From assembly GCA_044892525.1 (NCBI GenBank), contig CM097886.1, forward strand, positions 129,518,001-129,582,000: a DNA stretch of 64,000 nucleotides. Direction: 5' to 3'. Made by a program: the position numbers and the translations under genes. Below the pieces are notes generated by a model. That model ran no database searches and had not been told where the DNA came from. It was given only the letters and a program-made list of their open reading frames with translations. Of the stretch, positions 60,602 to 64,000 are shown piece by piece. The number at the start of each line of letters is the position of its first letter. Position 1 is the stretch's first letter. Origin of the DNA: Schmidtea polychroa (Eukaryota).

Positions 60602-63189
60602 AATAAATTATGTCTTATAATTCNNNNNNNNNNNNNNNNNNNNNNNNNNNNNNNNNNNNNNNNNNNNNNNNNNNNNNNNNNNNNNNNNNNNNNNNNNNNN
60701 NNNNNNNNNNNNNNNNNNNNNNNNNNNNNNNNNNNNNNNNNNNNNNNNNNNNNNNNNNNNNNNNNNNNNNNNNNNNNNNNNNNNNNNNNNNNNNNNNNNN
60801 NNNNNNNNNNNNNNNNNNNNNNNNNNNNNNNNNNNNNNNNNNNNNNNNNNNNNNNAAACTGCCGTATCAAAGTCCAGTTTATTATCTTGTACAGCTAGTT
60901 TCAATAACCCCATCAAATATTGAATTAATGAAATTTCAATTAATTAAATTGTGGTGTTTAGTATTTGTATCTTGGTGGACTTGAAATAAACAGAAATTAA
61001 TAGATTTAATTTGTGAATTTTAATAAAATTAAATTAGAGTTGTTCAAATATTTTTCAAATGTTTTTATCCAATCATAACTGTGACCAATTTGCAGTGGAA
61101 TATTGTAATTTTGCACAGAATAATAACTTTAAAAATCATGTTTTATTCCAGTTTTTCTTTATTCATTTTTAATTTATTTTCTTATGTCTTTCTTAATGCT
61201 TTCTGTTACCTACTCATATTTTATTCTCATTCTCATTTAAAAAATGCCCTAGTGAAAAATTTCCACTAACGCATTTTCAAAATTCAAATATGATAATTAC
61301 TTTATCATATTTTGTTTTTTGTACTTTTCACGAGGTGCTATGCACTTTTTCACTAATTCAAAAGTTCTTCTACAAATTCCATCCCTGATTAATATTTTAA
61401 TCCCCAGCTCGGTATAGTTTTCTTATTCAATTTTCAACTATTTCAGTTATTTTATTTAATGATTTTAATATAATTTAATTATTCTTAAATCAAAACTGAC
61501 AAAAAATTAAAACTAAAATTTAATCTCTAATTTACAAATAGAATGAAAAAAATTAGCATAAGATCAACTGCAATTTTATAACAATAAAATGGTTGGATAT
61601 ATCGTAAATTGATTTGACAGTTAATTCTAAATTTTAACCAATCACATGGTGTGAGATCTACGGAATAAAATGCATCGGCGGTATGATCAATCATATTGAC
61701 TAATTTTATTACTACTTTAAATTAACAATGTGAAAAGAAATAAAATAGGAAATTAAGATTCTAGCAAAACTTTGAATATAAAAAATAAAATTATTTGTTT
61801 TAATATTGTTTTATCAATTTAATAAATTAAAAATTAGTGCGTTTTATGTTACCCTTAGTAGAGTAAAAAAATTTTATTTCATCCATCTTTTTTAATAAAT
61901 ATGATTTTAACCGTTGTATATTTCAGCCTTTTTGTTTAAATATCTCATTTCCTAATTATAAGGTCTTTGTGTAATTATACGTTGATGTTTTCAATTAAAA
62001 TTCGGTTAAAAACCTTATTTTGTTATCTAATCATTACGTCTTTTTTGGACTTTAAGGTTTTATAAGTGGTATTATCCTGTTGAAATGTGAAATACACTTA
62101 GATATTCTGTAATACATACTCTTTTTATATATTTTGCCTCAAGAACTTTGATTAATAAAATATATAGTCTAACCGTATTAAACTGTATTAATAATAAGAA
62201 CGATGTTTCCGTTGGTTTCCATATTATATCCAGCGTTTTATGATCGTTTGTGGATCACGTTTTTCTAAAGTTTTCCTATATTAACTATCTCTAGGATTTC
62301 ACAATGTAGTACTTATATTTTTAAAGTCGGTGAATATGTAAAATGAAAAGTTTTAAAAAAGACTTCTAAAAATAATTTAAAACAGCTGCACTAAGATTAA
62401 ATAACAATACGTATTAAGATCTATTAATGAAAAGTAGACCATAAATATACTACATATGTTATTCACGTGTATCATTAGAATAAATAATAAGCAATGACTT
62501 ACTCAGAGGACCCAGATAATCAAGATAATCAATCAAACATGCAGGAATTTATATTTATATATATACATACATATTAATTATAAAGGTTAACATAGCATAA
62601 GATAATGAACAGTGGAAATCAAATAGCCCAATACAAATACATCGCAACAGCAATTTTTAAGAATGGAATCAAGTTGTTTAAAAATACATTCTTTCTGTCA
62701 TGAGAAAAGATGCACTATTTTATCTTAGTATCATTTGATGATATTGTTAATAAACTTTTAAGTGATATTCGATGGTTTTTGTTAGAAATTTTTGTATTTG
62801 TATTTTCGAATAAAACTCCCAGGCCCCTCCTGTCTAAATTACTTGCCTATATATTTGTTGAGTTTCTCAGAATCTCAACCTGATGGTTCTTATATAAATA
62901 AGAACACAAACACTGGTTCAAAAATCTGTATTAACAATTATTTACACGATAATAAAATTACCTTTTATAAAAAATTATACAATTGTTTTGTTTATTTTTC
63001 CTTAGTGTGTTACCTATGTCCCTACTTTCTACTCCCTGGTGGATATCTTGGTGGATACATCAGTATTATGATATCTGATTATAACGATATTCCGATTATG
63101 AAGATGAAATTTTTAATTTTATAAGCATTTATCGCTAACTTTCTAATCACACCGAACGACGAATCTTGTTATATTTTTATATTTATAAC

Positions 63190-63370
63190 CTTTATTGACG
63201 AAAAAAGAGAAGAATTGATACCACAAATAAGGAAACTATAATTTCTGAATTTAATATCCAGAAAATGAAGGCCAAATATATTTCTGAAAGACACAACCTA
63301 CCTTAAAGTACCATATCAAAAATAACTAAGAATAAAGATAAGGTCTTAGAATACACTGAAAACTATCAAA
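63190..63370 (+). pseudogene. CENP-B/Tigger-pogo-like HTH remnant
   Basis: KETIISEF..KMKAKYISERHNLP*STISKITKNKDKVLEY resembles the N-terminal psq-type HTH of pogo transposases. Confidence 0.45.
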
Positions 63371-64000
63371 AATGAAATGGGTAATTTAAGTTAAGAGAAG
63401 AAAAACAGAAGAAGACACTATGAGTTCCAAAATATTTCTTTGCAACAGGAAACGATACGGCAAGAGACTATAAGGCAAGGGGTTATGTTTTATGGATTTA
63501 CTAAAAGATGCAACATTAAAACTGATAATATATGTCGTGAGAGTAAATGTATTAATAAATTTTCGATAGAATAGTGTCTTAAAAAGAATTTTTCCAAATA
63601 AGTTTTCTTGTTTTAATATTGTAGGTAAAGAGTAAACTGAGACACCAGCACAACACAGAAAAGCATAAAGTTTAATTTAAAAAAATCGAAACATCAATTG
63701 AACAGAAATAAAAACATAACAGGACATAATAAATAAAAACAAAAATAATAAAATCCGAAAAACGCAAGAGGTTGCACACGAAACATAAGTTAAAAAGCAG
63801 TAAAACAAAGAAATAATCGCTGAAAAAATACACAGAGATGCAGAAAACAACTCCGAATTCTTGGGATAAAGATGGTGTAAAAAAGCGATTTATTAAACAA
63901 TCAGGATCAAAAAGAAAAGAATTTATTTTGAAAATAAAGTGAAAAATGAAAACAAAAAATTTTAAAAATCAATCAAAATGATTGGAATTTAAAAGATAAG

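Noticed and set aside
822-60984. ORFs containing long X runs (e.g. 822-1211, 4133-4695, 20570-20849, 54794-55414, 60583-60984)
   Set aside because: They stay open only because they cross N-runs (890-1062, 3550-3699, 4194-4523, 20620-20824, 49197-49360, 54889-55053, 55093-55261, 60624-60856).

Overview
Very AT-rich eukaryotic (metazoan) genomic DNA with eight N-runs. The 39-60 bp GT-AG introns, TTAGGG motifs and repeat content would fit a planarian-like flatworm, but this is inference only. Host content is a cluster of three alpha-carbonic anhydrase genes that I reconstructed exon by exon: CA1 (+, 4692-7164), CA2 (+, 31675-36224) and CA3 (-, 59685-56539). Each has a signal peptide, intact Zn ligands and a hydrophobic GPI-like tail. 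CA1 and CA2 lie in a segmental duplication (~4643-17937 vs ~31626-42357). The rest is a dense field of decayed mobile elements: a Penelope-like GIY-YIG fragment, two Ty3/Gypsy lineages, an RLE non-LTR fragment, a hAT transposase, Helitron-like pieces and many MITEs with clear TIRs/TSDs. The most interesting part is endogenous Polinton/Maverick (adintovirus-like) DNA at 42358-51634, 30152-31273 and 23393-24082. It appears to come from two lineages, with two different major capsid proteins, two different packaging ATPases and two different termini. It includes a reconstructable zinc finger-parvovirus-like PLA2-integrase fusion ORF. No polymerase B or protease gene is visible, so the elements are defective. 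All homology calls come from motif recognition by eye; no searches were run.
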